Shown here piece after piece: positions 1-10,402 of a DNA stretch of 64,000 nucleotides; position 1 is the stretch's first letter; the number at the start of each line of letters is the position of its first letter. Location: contig OZ219753.1 in assembly GCA_964291315.2 (NCBI GenBank), forward strand, positions 1,856,001 through 1,920,000, in the 5' to 3' direction. The notes beneath the pieces are model-generated. The model ran no database searches and had not been told where the DNA came from. It was given only the letters and a program-made list of their open reading frames with translations. Both the position numbers and the translations under genes were made by a program. The DNA comes from Candidatus Poribacteria bacterium. Its GTDB lineage: Bacteria > Poribacteria > WGA-4E > WGA-3G.

Positions 1-519
1 AAAAAATATCTGCAACAGAAACAACCTAAGACCCAACAAACCAAGCAACCGAAACTTAAAATCTCTGTCGGTGATAAAGTCCGAGTTAAAAAACTTGGAA
101 AATTTGGAGAAGTCACAGCGATAAAGTCGAACGGGAAAGCACCACTGCAGATCTTGATAGGAACGATGCAAATGCAAGCAGGATACTACGATGTCGACTC
201 CGTTCGACCCAAGCAAGAGATTTCGCGCCTCTCAACCTCCATACTTGATATTCAGTACAGCAAGGCAAACTCAATCAGCAGTGAGCTTAACATTCGCGGA
301 ATGCTCGTCAAGGAGGCACTAGATATCACCGATAAATACCTCGACGACGCTTACCTCGCAGGTATCCCGACGGTACGAATCCTACACGGTAAGGGGACAG
401 GCGCGCTACGTAACGCAGTTCACGCCGAATTGCGTGAAAACCCACACGTGACAAAGTATCAATTCGCACCCCAAAATCAAGGGGGCGAGGGGGTAACCCT
501 CGTTACATTTGAAGAGTAA
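1..519 (+). CDS. mutS2: Endonuclease MutS2, C-terminal part (KOW + Smr domains); runs off the left edge
   Basis: Frame open from base 1 (ISVGDKVRVKKLGKFGEV, KOW-like); Smr motifs ELNIRGM, LDDAYLAG, ILHGKGTGALR, GGEGVT. Confidence 0.9.
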   Translation, partial: KKYLQQKQPKTQQTKQPKLKISVGDKVRVKKLGKFGEVTAIKSNGKAPLQILIGTMQMQAGYYDVDSVRPKQEISRLSTSILDIQYSKANSISSELNIRGMLVKEALDITDKYLDDAYLAGIPTVRILHGKGTGALRNAVHAELRENPHVTKYQFAPQNQGGEGVTLVTFEE

Positions 520-610
520 TCTCAACGTATCTAGGACTAATAAACAAGATTTCCCTGAATCAGTAACCACGCTTGTAACTGACAACCAAACCCTATAAGG
601 CAGGTCCATA

Positions 611-2425
611 GTGAACACCGCTCACTCGAAAAATTACATACCGCCCGAAGTACTTGACGAAATTCGGAGCCGCACGGACATCGTTGAAGTCGTTTCCGAG
701 TGTGGTGTTGCCTTACGGCCCTCTGGACATAACTACAAAGGACTCTGTCCGTTTCATGATGAGAAAACACCCTCCTTTACCGTCTCAGCAGAAAAACAGA
801 TGTTCTACTGTTTCGGTTGTCAAACTGGCGGTAATGTTATCTCTTTTGTTCAAAAACATGAAGGCAAATCCTTCACGGAAACCGCAGAATGGCTAGCCGA
901 GCGCTTGAATATCGTAATCCGGAGTCAAGATGCCCGTGAAATTGCAAAGCAGAAACGATTCTCATCCCTGGAAGACCTCAACCGCTTCGCAGTCAAATAC
1001 TACCACCGTCAACTGCTCACCGAGGGAATTGGAGACGCAGCCAGGCAATACCTCAACCAGCGCGGCATCGAACCCAAAACAATTCAGCGCTTTCAATTGG
1101 GATACGCAAAAAGCAGCCGGCGCGACCTCCTGAAAACCGCTATACAAAACGAATTTACCAACCAGCAGCTCATTGATACCGGATTGATTAAGGATGAAGA
1201 TCACGGACCACAAGACCGGTTTTGGAAACGGATCCTTTTCCCAATTTACAATGAACGCGGGGTACCTGTCGCATTCGGCGGCCGTGCCCTTTCCGAATCG
1301 CAGCAACCCAAATATTTGAACTCGCCAGCGACTACTCTCTATGATAAAAGCAACCTACTTTACAACCTTGACAAAGCACGTCAGTCCATCTATAAACGCC
1401 AACAGGTAATTCTTGTTGAAGGGTACATGGACGCTTTGATGCTTTATCAATCAGGCATCGATTATGTAGTCGCCTCTTCCGGAACCTCCCTGAGTGAGAA
1501 CCACGCAAGTCTCTTAAAACGGTTCGCCCCCGAAGTCGTTATTGTCTATGACGGAGACGCCTCCGGCGTCCGAGCAGCACATCGCGGGTTGCACCGGATG
1601 CTTGCAAAGGGATTGCGCGTACGTATAGCACTCCTGCCAGCAGGAGAAGACCCAGATTCCTTTACACGACAGCACGGACCCGACGCGTTCACAGAACTCA
1701 CCGACAAAGCGGTAAATCTTATCGAATTTCAGATTCAAACCGCTATCCAACAACAGAACATCCACCGAGCCGATGTGAAATCACAGATTGCCAAAGAAAT
1801 TACCGAAACACTTCTAAACCTCACAAATCGAATGGAGCGCACTGAATACGTCAAATACGCCGCAACTGAACTACGTATGGACGCAAATTTGATTTGGCAA
1901 GAATTGCGAGACGCCGGGCTTAAAGAGAAGCAAACCCCTCAATACACAAGAAAAGGCAAGCGCACACCCGCAAAACTATCAACGCGCGCCCAAATCGAAA
2001 TTCAACTTATTGAGGCATTAATCCAAAATCCAACGTTAATCCCGCAAGTCAAATCCGAATTCCCTTATCAGAATTTCACAGAGCCACGTTTCGCTAAAAT
2101 CGCACAATTGCTCTGGCAGGCGTGTACAGACAACGAAACCGTTGAAATCCAGCTCCTTATCAGTGAGTGTTCTGATGACGAACTGAAATCTCTTATCTCA
2201 AACGCGCTGCTACGTAGAAACCCCCCTCCGAACTTAAAAGCAAGGGTTGACGGGTGTCTCCGTAAACTCCGAGATTTCCTCTTACAAGACTACGAACAGC
2301 GCGTGCGTTCCCACGGGATCGCCCAAGGAACAGACGAGAGGGAAATTCTCAAAGACCTCGTAGAACTTTCAAACCGGAGGCGCACCTTAGCTGCAAACAC
2401 CTCTGAGGAGCTAGACGCTGTATAG
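611..2425 (+). CDS. dnaG: DNA primase
   Basis: CHC2 zinc finger [11 protein letters not shown]...CFGC, PKYLNSP, TOPRIM VEGYMD/YDGD, GEDPDS. Confidence 0.97.
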   Translation: MNTAHSKNYIPPEVLDEIRSRTDIVEVVSECGVALRPSGHNYKGLCPFHDEKTPSFTVSAEKQMFYCFGCQTGGNVISFVQKHEGKSFTETAEWLAERLNIVIRSQDAREIAKQKRFSSLEDLNRFAVKYYHRQLLTEGIGDAARQYLNQRGIEPKTIQRFQLGYAKSSRRDLLKTAIQNEFTNQQLIDTGLIKDEDHGPQDRFWKRILFPIYNERGVPVAFGGRALSESQQPKYLNSPATTLYDKSNLLYNLDKARQSIYKRQQVILVEGYMDALMLYQSGIDYVVASSGTSLSENHASLLKRFAPEVVIVYDGDASGVRAAHRGLHRMLAKGLRVRIALLPAGEDPDSFTRQHGPDAFTELTDKAVNLIEFQIQTAIQQQNIHRADVKSQIAKEITETLLNLTNRMERTEYVKYAATELRMDANLIWQELRDAGLKEKQTPQYTRKGKRTPAKLSTRAQIEIQLIEALIQNPTLIPQVKSEFPYQNFTEPRFAKIAQLLWQACTDNETVEIQLLISECSDDELKSLISNALLRRNPPPNLKARVDGCLRKLRDFLLQDYEQRVRSHGIAQGTDEREILKDLVELSNRRRTLAANTSEELDAV

Positions 2426-2463
2426 CATTGCATCAAACATTTGAAATAAGGAGCACATTGATT

Positions 2464-3987
2464 ATGGATTTTAAAGACTATTCTACCGCCGATTATCTAG
2501 ACCCCGAACGCGACACTGATCTCGAATACAACGAAAGCACAGAATCGCCCGCGCACCGTAGCAATCACACAGATGATTCAGTGAAAGTTTATATGCGTGA
2601 GATGGGGAAATTTCAATTGCTTGATAGGGCCCAAGAGGTCGAACTCGCGAAACAGATTGAAGCAGGACATCGCGACGCACTTGAAGCTACCTTCGGAACC
2701 ACGCTCGCAATTACAGAAATCCGGAAGATGCTCTATAAGGTCGTTACCGCTAAAAAACGAGCCTCCGATATTATCGATATGCCCGTTAAGAGCAGCTCAA
2801 CTGTGGACAAAGAACGCAAACTCCGGGAAGAAGTAAAAAAGGTGTTAGAGATACTCGAAAAGCTCGAAATAGAACGTTTTGATGCCACCACTGAAAACGG
2901 AAACGAGGCCCCTGAAAAGTCGAAAACGCTCAAAAAATTGATCAGAACCCTCGAACAACTAAAGATCGACCGCGAAGAGATTAGCAAAATCTCCGACAGC
3001 GTCAAGCAGGCAGAATATCAGATTAGTCAGTGGGAAAACCAGATCCAGCACCTCCAGCAAACCCACAATATCCCCCACGAATGGTTCAACGGCCAGAACA
3101 GAACCCAACGAGAATGCGAAACCGCCACCCTAGAAAACGCCTACGTGGAAATTGTCCAATGCAAACGCAATATCCGACAGTCCATGAATGAAATTGGAGT
3201 CTCCCGTGAGCATCTGAAATCCCTCACACAACAGATTGACAAAGGCGAATCTGATGCACAGGCCGCAAAAATGGCCATCGTTGAAGCAAACCTCCGACTT
3301 GTAGTCAGCATCGCAAAGAAGCACCGACACCGTTCAGCAGGACTTGAATTCCTAGATCTAATCCAAGAAGGAAATATCGGCTTGATGCGAGCAGTTGACA
3401 AATTCGACTACCAGCGCGGCTATAAGTTCAGTACCTACGCAACATGGTGGATCCGACAAGGCATTACCCGCGCTATTGCTGATCAAGGACGCACAATCCG
3501 CATTCCAGTCCATATGCAAGAACGAATTAGCAAAATACGACGGGTCCAACGCTCACTGCTCCAAGAACTCGGCAGCGAACCAACTGCTGAACAAATCGCA
3601 CAAGATTTGAAAATCTCGACCACCAAAGTCAATGAAGCTTTAGCCGTTGCCCCGGAAACATCTTCCCTAGATATGCCAATTGGTGAAGAAGATGATAATC
3701 CACTCGGTGCTTTGGTTATGGATGTTAGGGTACCCTCGCCCGTTCAAGAAGCAGAATTGAACATCCTTAAAGAACAAATACAAGATGTACTTTCCGAACT
3801 AGACGACCGCGAAAGACAAGTTATTTCCCTCCGTTTCGGCATTGAAGACGGTTACCCTAGAACGCTTGAGGAAGTCGGCAAGCTATTCAACGTAACGCGC
3901 GAACGAATCCGACAAATCGAGGCAAAGGCACTCCGTAAATTGCGACACCCGCGCCGCAGCCACAAGCTACGCGATTTTGTTCCATAA
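2464..3987 (+). CDS. rpoD: RNA polymerase primary sigma-70 factor
   Basis: [69 protein letters not shown]; follows dnaG; ATG 2464 after AAGGAG. Confidence 0.95.
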   Translation: MDFKDYSTADYLDPERDTDLEYNESTESPAHRSNHTDDSVKVYMREMGKFQLLDRAQEVELAKQIEAGHRDALEATFGTTLAITEIRKMLYKVVTAKKRASDIIDMPVKSSSTVDKERKLREEVKKVLEILEKLEIERFDATTENGNEAPEKSKTLKKLIRTLEQLKIDREEISKISDSVKQAEYQISQWENQIQHLQQTHNIPHEWFNGQNRTQRECETATLENAYVEIVQCKRNIRQSMNEIGVSREHLKSLTQQIDKGESDAQAAKMAIVEANLRLVVSIAKKHRHRSAGLEFLDLIQEGNIGLMRAVDKFDYQRGYKFSTYATWWIRQGITRAIADQGRTIRIPVHMQERISKIRRVQRSLLQELGSEPTAEQIAQDLKISTTKVNEALAVAPETSSLDMPIGEEDDNPLGALVMDVRVPSPVQEAELNILKEQIQDVLSELDDRERQVISLRFGIEDGYPRTLEEVGKLFNVTRERIRQIEAKALRKLRHPRRSHKLRDFVP

Positions 3988-4083
3988 TATACATTCGATC
4001 CTATAGAAACGCCTCTTATGCAGGTAGACCCAGCACCTATCCTATATACCCTGACGGCAGAGCACCCATAACTATTAAATAAT

Positions 4084-4112
4084 TTGATTTTTAATTAGAA
4101 ATATTGTATAAT
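4084..4112 (+). promoter_or_regulatory. Sigma-70 promoter for the tRNA pair
   Basis: TTGATT (4084-4089), 17 bp, TATAAT (4107-4112), ~20 bp upstream of the tRNA. Confidence 0.7.
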
Positions 4113-4133
4113 TTTTTATACCGAAATTAAAGC

Positions 4134-4206
4134 GGGCCCATAGCTCAGTGGTCAGAGCCGTCGGCTCATAACCGACTGGTCCTAGGTTCGAGTCCTAGTG
4201 GGCCCA
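4134..4206 (+). tRNA. tRNA with CAT anticodon, probably tRNA-Ile2 (lysidine-modified)
   Basis: Acceptor GGGCCCA/TGGGCCC, D arm TAGCTCAGTGG, anticodon arm GTCGG-CTCATAA-CCGAC, T loop GGTTCGAGTCC; CCA not encoded; position after rpoD is typical of Ile2. Confidence 0.9.
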
Positions 4207-4217
4207 TATCCCTACAT

Positions 4218-4290
4218 GGGGCGTTAGCTCAGGGGTACGAGCGCTACCTTCACACGGTAGAAGTCACTGGTTCAAATCCAGTACGCCCCA
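4218..4290 (+). tRNA. tRNA-Val(CAC)
   Basis: Acceptor GGGGCGT/ACGCCCC, anticodon arm CTACC-TTCACAC-GGTAG, T loop GGTTCAAATCC; CCA not encoded. Confidence 0.92.
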
Positions 4291-4597
4291 TTGTTGTCAG
4301 GTCAAGCACGTTCGGTTCTAGCGTAGGACAGATATACAAATTCCGACTGCTGCCATAGAACCCAACAAAGCTCAAAAACTAAATCGCCCTATCTCAAACC
4401 AAGGGCCGGTACATGGAAAGTAGGGATGCCCCACGCTTTGTCCAAACTAGCATCAAAGCGATCGATTGAGACAGCCACAACGAAGTCCCAACCTTACAGA
4501 TATTCTTCCCTGCTAATCACCCATGTAGACAGAATTTCCGAATCCCGACTGCTAACCGATGACGGCTGACAACCAGCCGCATTCTATTCACAACTAA

Positions 4598-5035
4598 ATG
4601 ACTAAATACGTAGTAGCAACAGCAGATGAAATCGAACCCGGCAAACGCAAAATCGTCGAAATCGGAGGACGGTCGATCGGGATTTTTAACATTGACGGCG
4701 AATATTTCGCCATCCGTAACAGCTGCCCGCATCAAGGCGGACCCTTATGCCGCGGCATGGTCACCGGCTTTTTAGAATCCTCTGCACCGGGCTCCTATAA
4801 CTATACCCGCAAAGGCGAGATCCTCCGGTGCCCATGGCACAGTTGGGAATTCGACATCAAAACCGGGCAATCCTGGTGGAACCCCGCACAGCGACGCGTT
4901 AAAAAATACAACGTCCACGTCGAGAGTGGCGAGGACATCGAGGCATCCAGCCCTCAACCGCAAAAGGGCCCTTATGTAGCCGATACCTTCCCCGTCACCA
5001 TCGAACAAAAATACATCGTCATTGATATTGCCTAA
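4598..5035 (+). CDS. Rieske [2Fe-2S] ferredoxin
   Basis: CPHQGGPL...CPWHSWEF Rieske ligands. Confidence 0.9.
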   Translation: MTKYVVATADEIEPGKRKIVEIGGRSIGIFNIDGEYFAIRNSCPHQGGPLCRGMVTGFLESSAPGSYNYTRKGEILRCPWHSWEFDIKTGQSWWNPAQRRVKKYNVHVESGEDIEASSPQPQKGPYVADTFPVTIEQKYIVIDIA

Positions 5036-5143
5036 CGGAAAATCTTAGATGCGTAAATCTAGCCTTGTGGAATTTGCTCTTTCAGAAAAAAAGATAATAC
5101 CGAATGTAAATACACAAAGGTACATTAGATACGGAGATTTTTA

Positions 5144-6280
5144 ATGCCCAATCCCCACACACTCCTCTGTACAATTGGAACAAGTCTGTTTTATCCCAAC
5201 CTGTCCAATCTTCTTAAGGAAGAGCAAACCGATCCCCGCCGCGCTGCTCTCGCCCGGGCATATTCCCAAAAAGATTGGCAGGCAGTAGCATTACAACTGC
5301 ATGAAGTAGATCCAACCAACCGTCTTTGTGGTGCAGAGATTAACTCTGTGACGGATCTCATCGAACATAACCATATTGAGATAGGCTATCTTCATCTGTT
5401 CCACTCTGATACAGACACCGGAAAATCGATCGCCGAAATTTTGAAAACCTACTTCACACAAGATCATTGGCGGGTGAAAGTTCATTGTGTAGAAGGCTTG
5501 CAAGATGATGACCCTAAGCTGTTTCGCACGCAGGGTTTGCGCAACCTTGTCAAACTCTTCGGCGAACAGGTACGTGAGTCAAGACAAAACTCTATTCCCT
5601 GTGCTATTAATGCAACCGGCGGATATAAAGCTCAGATTGCAATTGCAGTACTTATGGGGCAATCTCTTGACATCCCAGTCTATTACAAGCATGAACGTTT
5701 TAATGCGATTATCCCGTTTCCACCTATGCCTGTAGCTCTCGATGTTTCACTGTGGCAGCGTGCCAGCGGTATGTTTATGCTCCTGAGTCAGACTGACGCT
5801 TGTGAACCCGAAAAAAATTTCAGTGAGGACTGGGATGTGCGTTTTGAACCTTTAGTTGAGCGGGTGGTGATTGATGATGAGCCACATCTGTCACTCTCAG
5901 CCACTGGACAGATTTTTCATGAAACCTCCCACTCTCATTTTCAGGAATTGAAGACGAACAATCTTCCGCGGGCTGCATATCAGCATGAGAAAGAGCAACC
6001 GAGGCTCGGAGAACACGGCTACAACCAAGCCCTTAATCCCATCTTACATTTTTTGCAAACCCTCACCGACGCAAAAGACTACGTCCGATACTGTCATTCA
6101 ACGCGTTGGTATCCGAACCTGCCGGAAGCCACCCGATTTCGGTTATCACGTGGAGCTGTCGAAGGAGTATACTCAAACGGGACGTGGTGTGTGAAATTTA
6201 GGGTCATCACAACCGCAGAAGATGAAAGCCAATTAGCAGTCGTTGTGGCAGATCTCAATGACTGGTTGCACACACAATAA
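5144..6280 (+). CDS. CRISPR-associated CARF protein (APE2256-like) with wHTH and putative RelE/DUF2103-like C-terminal domain
   Basis: N-terminal LLCTIGTSL, GAEINS, HSDTDTG, INATGGYKAQ, VYYKHERF typical of the APE2256 CARF family; first gene of the cas operon. Confidence 0.85.
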   Translation: MPNPHTLLCTIGTSLFYPNLSNLLKEEQTDPRRAALARAYSQKDWQAVALQLHEVDPTNRLCGAEINSVTDLIEHNHIEIGYLHLFHSDTDTGKSIAEILKTYFTQDHWRVKVHCVEGLQDDDPKLFRTQGLRNLVKLFGEQVRESRQNSIPCAINATGGYKAQIAIAVLMGQSLDIPVYYKHERFNAIIPFPPMPVALDVSLWQRASGMFMLLSQTDACEPEKNFSEDWDVRFEPLVERVVIDDEPHLSLSATGQIFHETSHSHFQELKTNNLPRAAYQHEKEQPRLGEHGYNQALNPILHFLQTLTDAKDYVRYCHSTRWYPNLPEATRFRLSRGAVEGVYSNGTWCVKFRVITTAEDESQLAVVVADLNDWLHTQ

Positions 6281-6313
6281 TTTCAAGGCACACAAAAAGG
6301 AGGTCTTTAGATC

Positions 6314-7921
6314 ATGGCTGATGAATCTTTTGTAATTATAATCGATACCCCCTCAGTAAAAAAATATGTGTTCGGTAGCGATTCTTTGAGTGAAGTACGG
6401 GGCGGCAGCGCGCGACTAGATCGCTTAAACCGGCACGAAATGGAAAGCTGTTTAACGAAGCACCCTGACGTAGCAAACGTAGAACGGGTTTATGCCAATG
6501 GGGGTTCAGCACAGTTTTTGGTCCAGGCAGACAATGCTGCCAAGGTTAAAGCTGCCTGTGAAAGCATGCTGTACCAGATCCGCGCGCAAACAGGCGGGGA
6601 AGTGCGACTTGTCTACGGTATTGCCCCGCTTAAAGATGCGGGGGCCTACCCGGAGACTGTGCGCACCGCACATTTTCAACTTCGATGCCAACGCGAGTTT
6701 GCAACATGCCATCGGAGCGCTGCCTTAGCGCCTATTATATCGGAATGTACCTCTTCTTCGCACCTGCCCGCAGTTCACATAGATGATGACCAGATACTGT
6801 CCCAGGCAAGCTATGAAAAAGTGCATGAGCGACAGGGAACGCCGCATCACGGGCTCTGGCGTGGATGGATGCACCATTTAAATCACAAAGGAAATTGGCC
6901 AGAAAGCAAGCATTGGAATAAACTACGATGTGAGAACCTAACGGATATCGGCGATCGATCCTCATGGCGCAACTACATCGGGATAGTCTATGCCGATGGA
7001 AACGCCATGGGACAAATTGTCCAAGCCATGACATGCCCGGAGACATTTCGCCAATTTAGCAAAATTGTCGATAACAGTATTCAAGACGCATGTTTCACTG
7101 CACTTAGCGAAATTTCCGAGCGGGAAGTTAATAAAATTCGAAAAGATTATAAACAACAGAAGGGTTTTGACCCCCTCGCTGCTGATATCCTACTCCTTGG
7201 CGGCGACGACTTGCTAGTGGCACTGCCAGCCGACCGGGCACTCGATTTTTCCCTGAGAGTCACCGAAAAATTTGAAGCCTTGACAAAAAATAAAATTGAT
7301 GCCCTACAAAATGCAGAAACGCAGCAGTTTTTCCACGAGAAGCTCGGCGACCGAGGCTTCACAATTTCCTGCGGGGTTGCCATTGCAAAAAGCAGCTATC
7401 CGTTTTATCTCGCCCTAGACCTGGCAGAGCAGCTCTTGAAAAATGCCAAACGCCAAAATAGCCGTACTTCGCAAACCGAAACACAAAACAAGGCACGCGT
7501 TGACTTTCATGTCGTAGCAGGAGCAAATAGCCACACCCTTGGACAAGTGCGTGAGACGGACTATCAAGTATCGACTGATTCCACTGCGCAGCGAACGCTT
7601 CGCCCCTTGTCTTGTCCTGAATTGAAGACGCTCCGGACCGGTGTCGAGCGCCTGCAAGAGGCGAGATTTCCACATAGCAAGCTCTATGAGCTTCAAGAGG
7701 CAGCTCTGTTACCGAGCAAGATTCAATCTGACTGGCGCATTAAAGATATATTCGCTCGATGCCAGCATGGAAAAGGCCAATCGCAGCGACGCGCCTTATG
7801 GGAAGCCACAAGACATTTGTGCCCACAAGAATACAACTTTAACTTCCCGTGGTTCGAAAAAGACGGGCAACGCCTGCTGTGTGTAGCAGACCTCGTAGAA
7901 GCATACCGCCTATTTGCTTAG
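6314..7921 (+). CDS. cas10: Type III CRISPR Cas10 (compact, no HD domain)
   Basis: Palm1 DTPSVKKYVF...EVRGGS, YANGGS; Palm2 IVYADGNAMG and LLLGGDDLL; ISCGVAIA, AEQLLKNAK. Confidence 0.92.
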   Translation: MADESFVIIIDTPSVKKYVFGSDSLSEVRGGSARLDRLNRHEMESCLTKHPDVANVERVYANGGSAQFLVQADNAAKVKAACESMLYQIRAQTGGEVRLVYGIAPLKDAGAYPETVRTAHFQLRCQREFATCHRSAALAPIISECTSSSHLPAVHIDDDQILSQASYEKVHERQGTPHHGLWRGWMHHLNHKGNWPESKHWNKLRCENLTDIGDRSSWRNYIGIVYADGNAMGQIVQAMTCPETFRQFSKIVDNSIQDACFTALSEISEREVNKIRKDYKQQKGFDPLAADILLLGGDDLLVALPADRALDFSLRVTEKFEALTKNKIDALQNAETQQFFHEKLGDRGFTISCGVAIAKSSYPFYLALDLAEQLLKNAKRQNSRTSQTETQNKARVDFHVVAGANSHTLGQVRETDYQVSTDSTAQRTLRPLSCPELKTLRTGVERLQEARFPHSKLYELQEAALLPSKIQSDWRIKDIFARCQHGKGQSQRRALWEATRHLCPQEYNFNFPWFEKDGQRLLCVADLVEAYRLFA

Positions 7922-7939
7922 TAGAAAGGAGACTTATCT

Positions 7940-8683
7940 ATGAATCCTCAACGCTTAGACCTAGACTACCATATTATTTGGCAGGGACGTTGGCACGTCG
8001 GTAGCGGATATCAATCCGCAGCAGCAGATAGGTTACTCCGGCGCTTGGAAGGTGTTGACGGTGGCCCGTTTGTTCCCGGCTCTCAAATCAAGGGCGTTCT
8101 ACGTTACCAGTGCGAAAGATTAGCACTCGCGTTCGGGCTCGAAGCAGTCAACCCCCACGCCGGTATTAAAGAAGACAATCAGAATCTAATAAGACATTTT
8201 AAGCCGTTGAAGGAAACAACCTTGGTAGTAGATCGACTATTTGGCACCCGTTATCAAGGCGAATGTCTCTTTGTTACGAACGCAGTGCCTATGTTATTAC
8301 CCGAGGAGAAAACAGTTCCCTCCGTACAACCGCGTACAGCCTTGGACCGCCTTACAGGAACAGTAATGGAACACAATCTGTTCACAACCGAATTTTCGGA
8401 TCAGAAAACCTCGCTTCAAGGAACTATCCGCGCCCGTCATCCCGCCGGCGTTCTGACACCTTATGAAGAAGGGGTTCCTTATGAATATGCGCTCCTCCTA
8501 GTATCACTCCTTTCCATGGATACCTTGGGCGGAGACAAAAGCACCGGCTTAGGACGTTGCAGCCTTGAAATCGTAGAGGACTCCTTGCGTTGGAACTGCC
8601 AAGATATTTCATTGGATGCCGGTCTGCAAAGTTTCGAGGATTTAGCAGACGAATGGGCTGAGTGGTTAGAGGCAACACGTTAA
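7940..8683 (+). CDS. cas7: Cas7-group RAMP (Csm3-like)
   Basis: WHVGSG, PFVPGSQIKGVLR, LFG, RTALDR, G-loop LGGDKSTGLGR. Confidence 0.9.
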   Translation: MNPQRLDLDYHIIWQGRWHVGSGYQSAAADRLLRRLEGVDGGPFVPGSQIKGVLRYQCERLALAFGLEAVNPHAGIKEDNQNLIRHFKPLKETTLVVDRLFGTRYQGECLFVTNAVPMLLPEEKTVPSVQPRTALDRLTGTVMEHNLFTTEFSDQKTSLQGTIRARHPAGVLTPYEEGVPYEYALLLVSLLSMDTLGGDKSTGLGRCSLEIVEDSLRWNCQDISLDAGLQSFEDLADEWAEWLEATR

Positions 8684-8708
8684 TAACTGTAAATAAGGAT
8701 CGAACAGC

Positions 8709-9965
8709 ATGAAAACAATACCCATAACAGCAAAATTACTTTCACCCCTAGCACTTAGACGCGACCGCCAATCTGATCGCTCGCGGAGTGACCGATCTGT
8801 GACCGGCACAGCAGTCCGGGGCGCCTTGGCCGCTCTCTATTTGCAACACCACGGGCAAACAGATCATACCTTTAACCATCTGTTTCTAAATGAGGCTGCA
8901 TGCCGCTTTGGCCCACTGGATCCCGGACCTAAGCACTTCCCACTAACCACCGCCGCCTGCAAGCGCGAAGGACTAAAACACGCCCTTGTAGACCAATTGT
9001 GGTACCGTATCGCTCAACACTATACCGGAGGCCTTGTGGAAGAAAGCGCAGAATCCACATGGCGGCAATGCCAATACAAGCAGTGCGGAGCAGATTTGAA
9101 AGCACACGACGGCTTTTGGCAGAAACACAGCGATAATAGCTTGCACGAAATGAACGAAGACCGACAACACGTCGCCACCCACGTCGGCATCGATCGACAT
9201 ACTGCTACCACCGCCGAATCTATGTTCTACACCCTTGAAGCTATGCTGGCTTCTGGTAAAAAGAAAGACCTATACGGATGGTGTTCTGTAGACGAAGATG
9301 CCCTCAACGCCCTGAAAAAACTCTTGGAAACCGAGAAATACCGCATATCAGTCGGACACCATCGCACGCGCGGCTATGGAGATATACGTATACAATTGCA
9401 CAAAGCTGTTGAAGAGATGGACCAACAGACTTGTGTGGAAAATTGGGAACGTTGGAGTCAGGAACTAGCGGCGTTTCTGAATTCACCCCCACTCTCTGTT
9501 CGGGACATTAATACTGAACATTTCTATTTTTCGCTCTCCTTTCCCAACGGGGCTATATTCGTGGATAAATTTTTGCGCTACAGTCTGGATCCCGCTACCA
9601 TGCTTTCATGGCTACCCCCTATGCCTTCTGTAGATCAAGCTTTCCCTATAGAGAGCCGGCCTCCCTATAAACTCTCATCGGGAGGCACAATACAGTGGAT
9701 AACTGCGGTAACTAAACACGAACGACTCCGCGGCTGGAACGCAGCCCACGGCCTGCCCCGTCAAGATGAATGGAACGTCGCACGAGGCTCTATCTACGTC
9801 TACTCTTTTCAGGGCACTACGGCACAACGGGAAGCACTTATCCAACATCTCAGCAATTTGTGCAAAGCGGGGGTTGGATTACGACGCAATGAGGGATTCG
9901 GCACAGTCGTCATTTCCGATGAGTTCCATTACCAGTTTCGCAAACAACAAGAGGTCCAATCGTGA
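8709..9965 (+). CDS. csx10: Csx10 / Cas5-group RAMP with two RRM G-loops
   Basis: LLSPL, GTAVRGALA, HVGIDR, VGHHRTRGYG, GWN...LPR, GVGLRRNEGFG. Confidence 0.85.
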   Translation: MKTIPITAKLLSPLALRRDRQSDRSRSDRSVTGTAVRGALAALYLQHHGQTDHTFNHLFLNEAACRFGPLDPGPKHFPLTTAACKREGLKHALVDQLWYRIAQHYTGGLVEESAESTWRQCQYKQCGADLKAHDGFWQKHSDNSLHEMNEDRQHVATHVGIDRHTATTAESMFYTLEAMLASGKKKDLYGWCSVDEDALNALKKLLETEKYRISVGHHRTRGYGDIRIQLHKAVEEMDQQTCVENWERWSQELAAFLNSPPLSVRDINTEHFYFSLSFPNGAIFVDKFLRYSLDPATMLSWLPPMPSVDQAFPIESRPPYKLSSGGTIQWITAVTKHERLRGWNAAHGLPRQDEWNVARGSIYVYSFQGTTAQREALIQHLSNLCKAGVGLRRNEGFGTVVISDEFHYQFRKQQEVQS

Positions 9966-10402
9966 TTGTTTTGAATAACGAGTTAATCCAAAAAACCGAT
10001 TGCTATATTGACGAGCATCACGAAACTTTTTCCAAATTAGGTGAATCTTTCTTTGCTACATTCGGCTATGACCCACGAAACAATCGCATTAGCTCACAAG
10101 TTCGTAACCTTCAACAAATTGTCTGCTCTGCTACGCGTTTTGCGGACATTGAGGATTTTGTAAAAAACCAGATAGGAAAAGAAAGAAAGAACGCTCCAGA
10201 CAAAACAGAGTGGAGAGCATTAGGAGAGCAGGTTCTGAAGCAATTGAGGCAGCTGCGCGCCAAAAGTAAGGAATTGGACAGCGATCCCAATAATCAAATC
10301 GCTTTGCGCTTGCGTCTCGCTCGCGGCTGGGTGCGCGCTGTCGTCAGCTCCTACCTCTATCAGACAGCATTGGAACAAATGGAGCATAGAGGTGTACTAT
10401 GA
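9962..10402 (+). CDS. cas11: Cas11/Csm2-like small subunit (copy 1)
   Basis: Small helical protein after csx10; SQVRNL...FVKNQIGK...W...YLY pattern of III-D small subunits. Confidence 0.7.
   Translation: MIVLNNELIQKTDCYIDEHHETFSKLGESFFATFGYDPRNNRISSQVRNLQQIVCSATRFADIEDFVKNQIGKERKNAPDKTEWRALGEQVLKQLRQLRAKSKELDSDPNNQIALRLRLARGWVRAVVSSYLYQTALEQMEHRGVL

Noticed and set aside
4598-5035. Rieske ferredoxin as a CRISPR accessory gene
   Set aside because: Separated from the CARF gene by a 108-bp AT-rich gap, host-like codon style, ordinary family; no evidence of linkage
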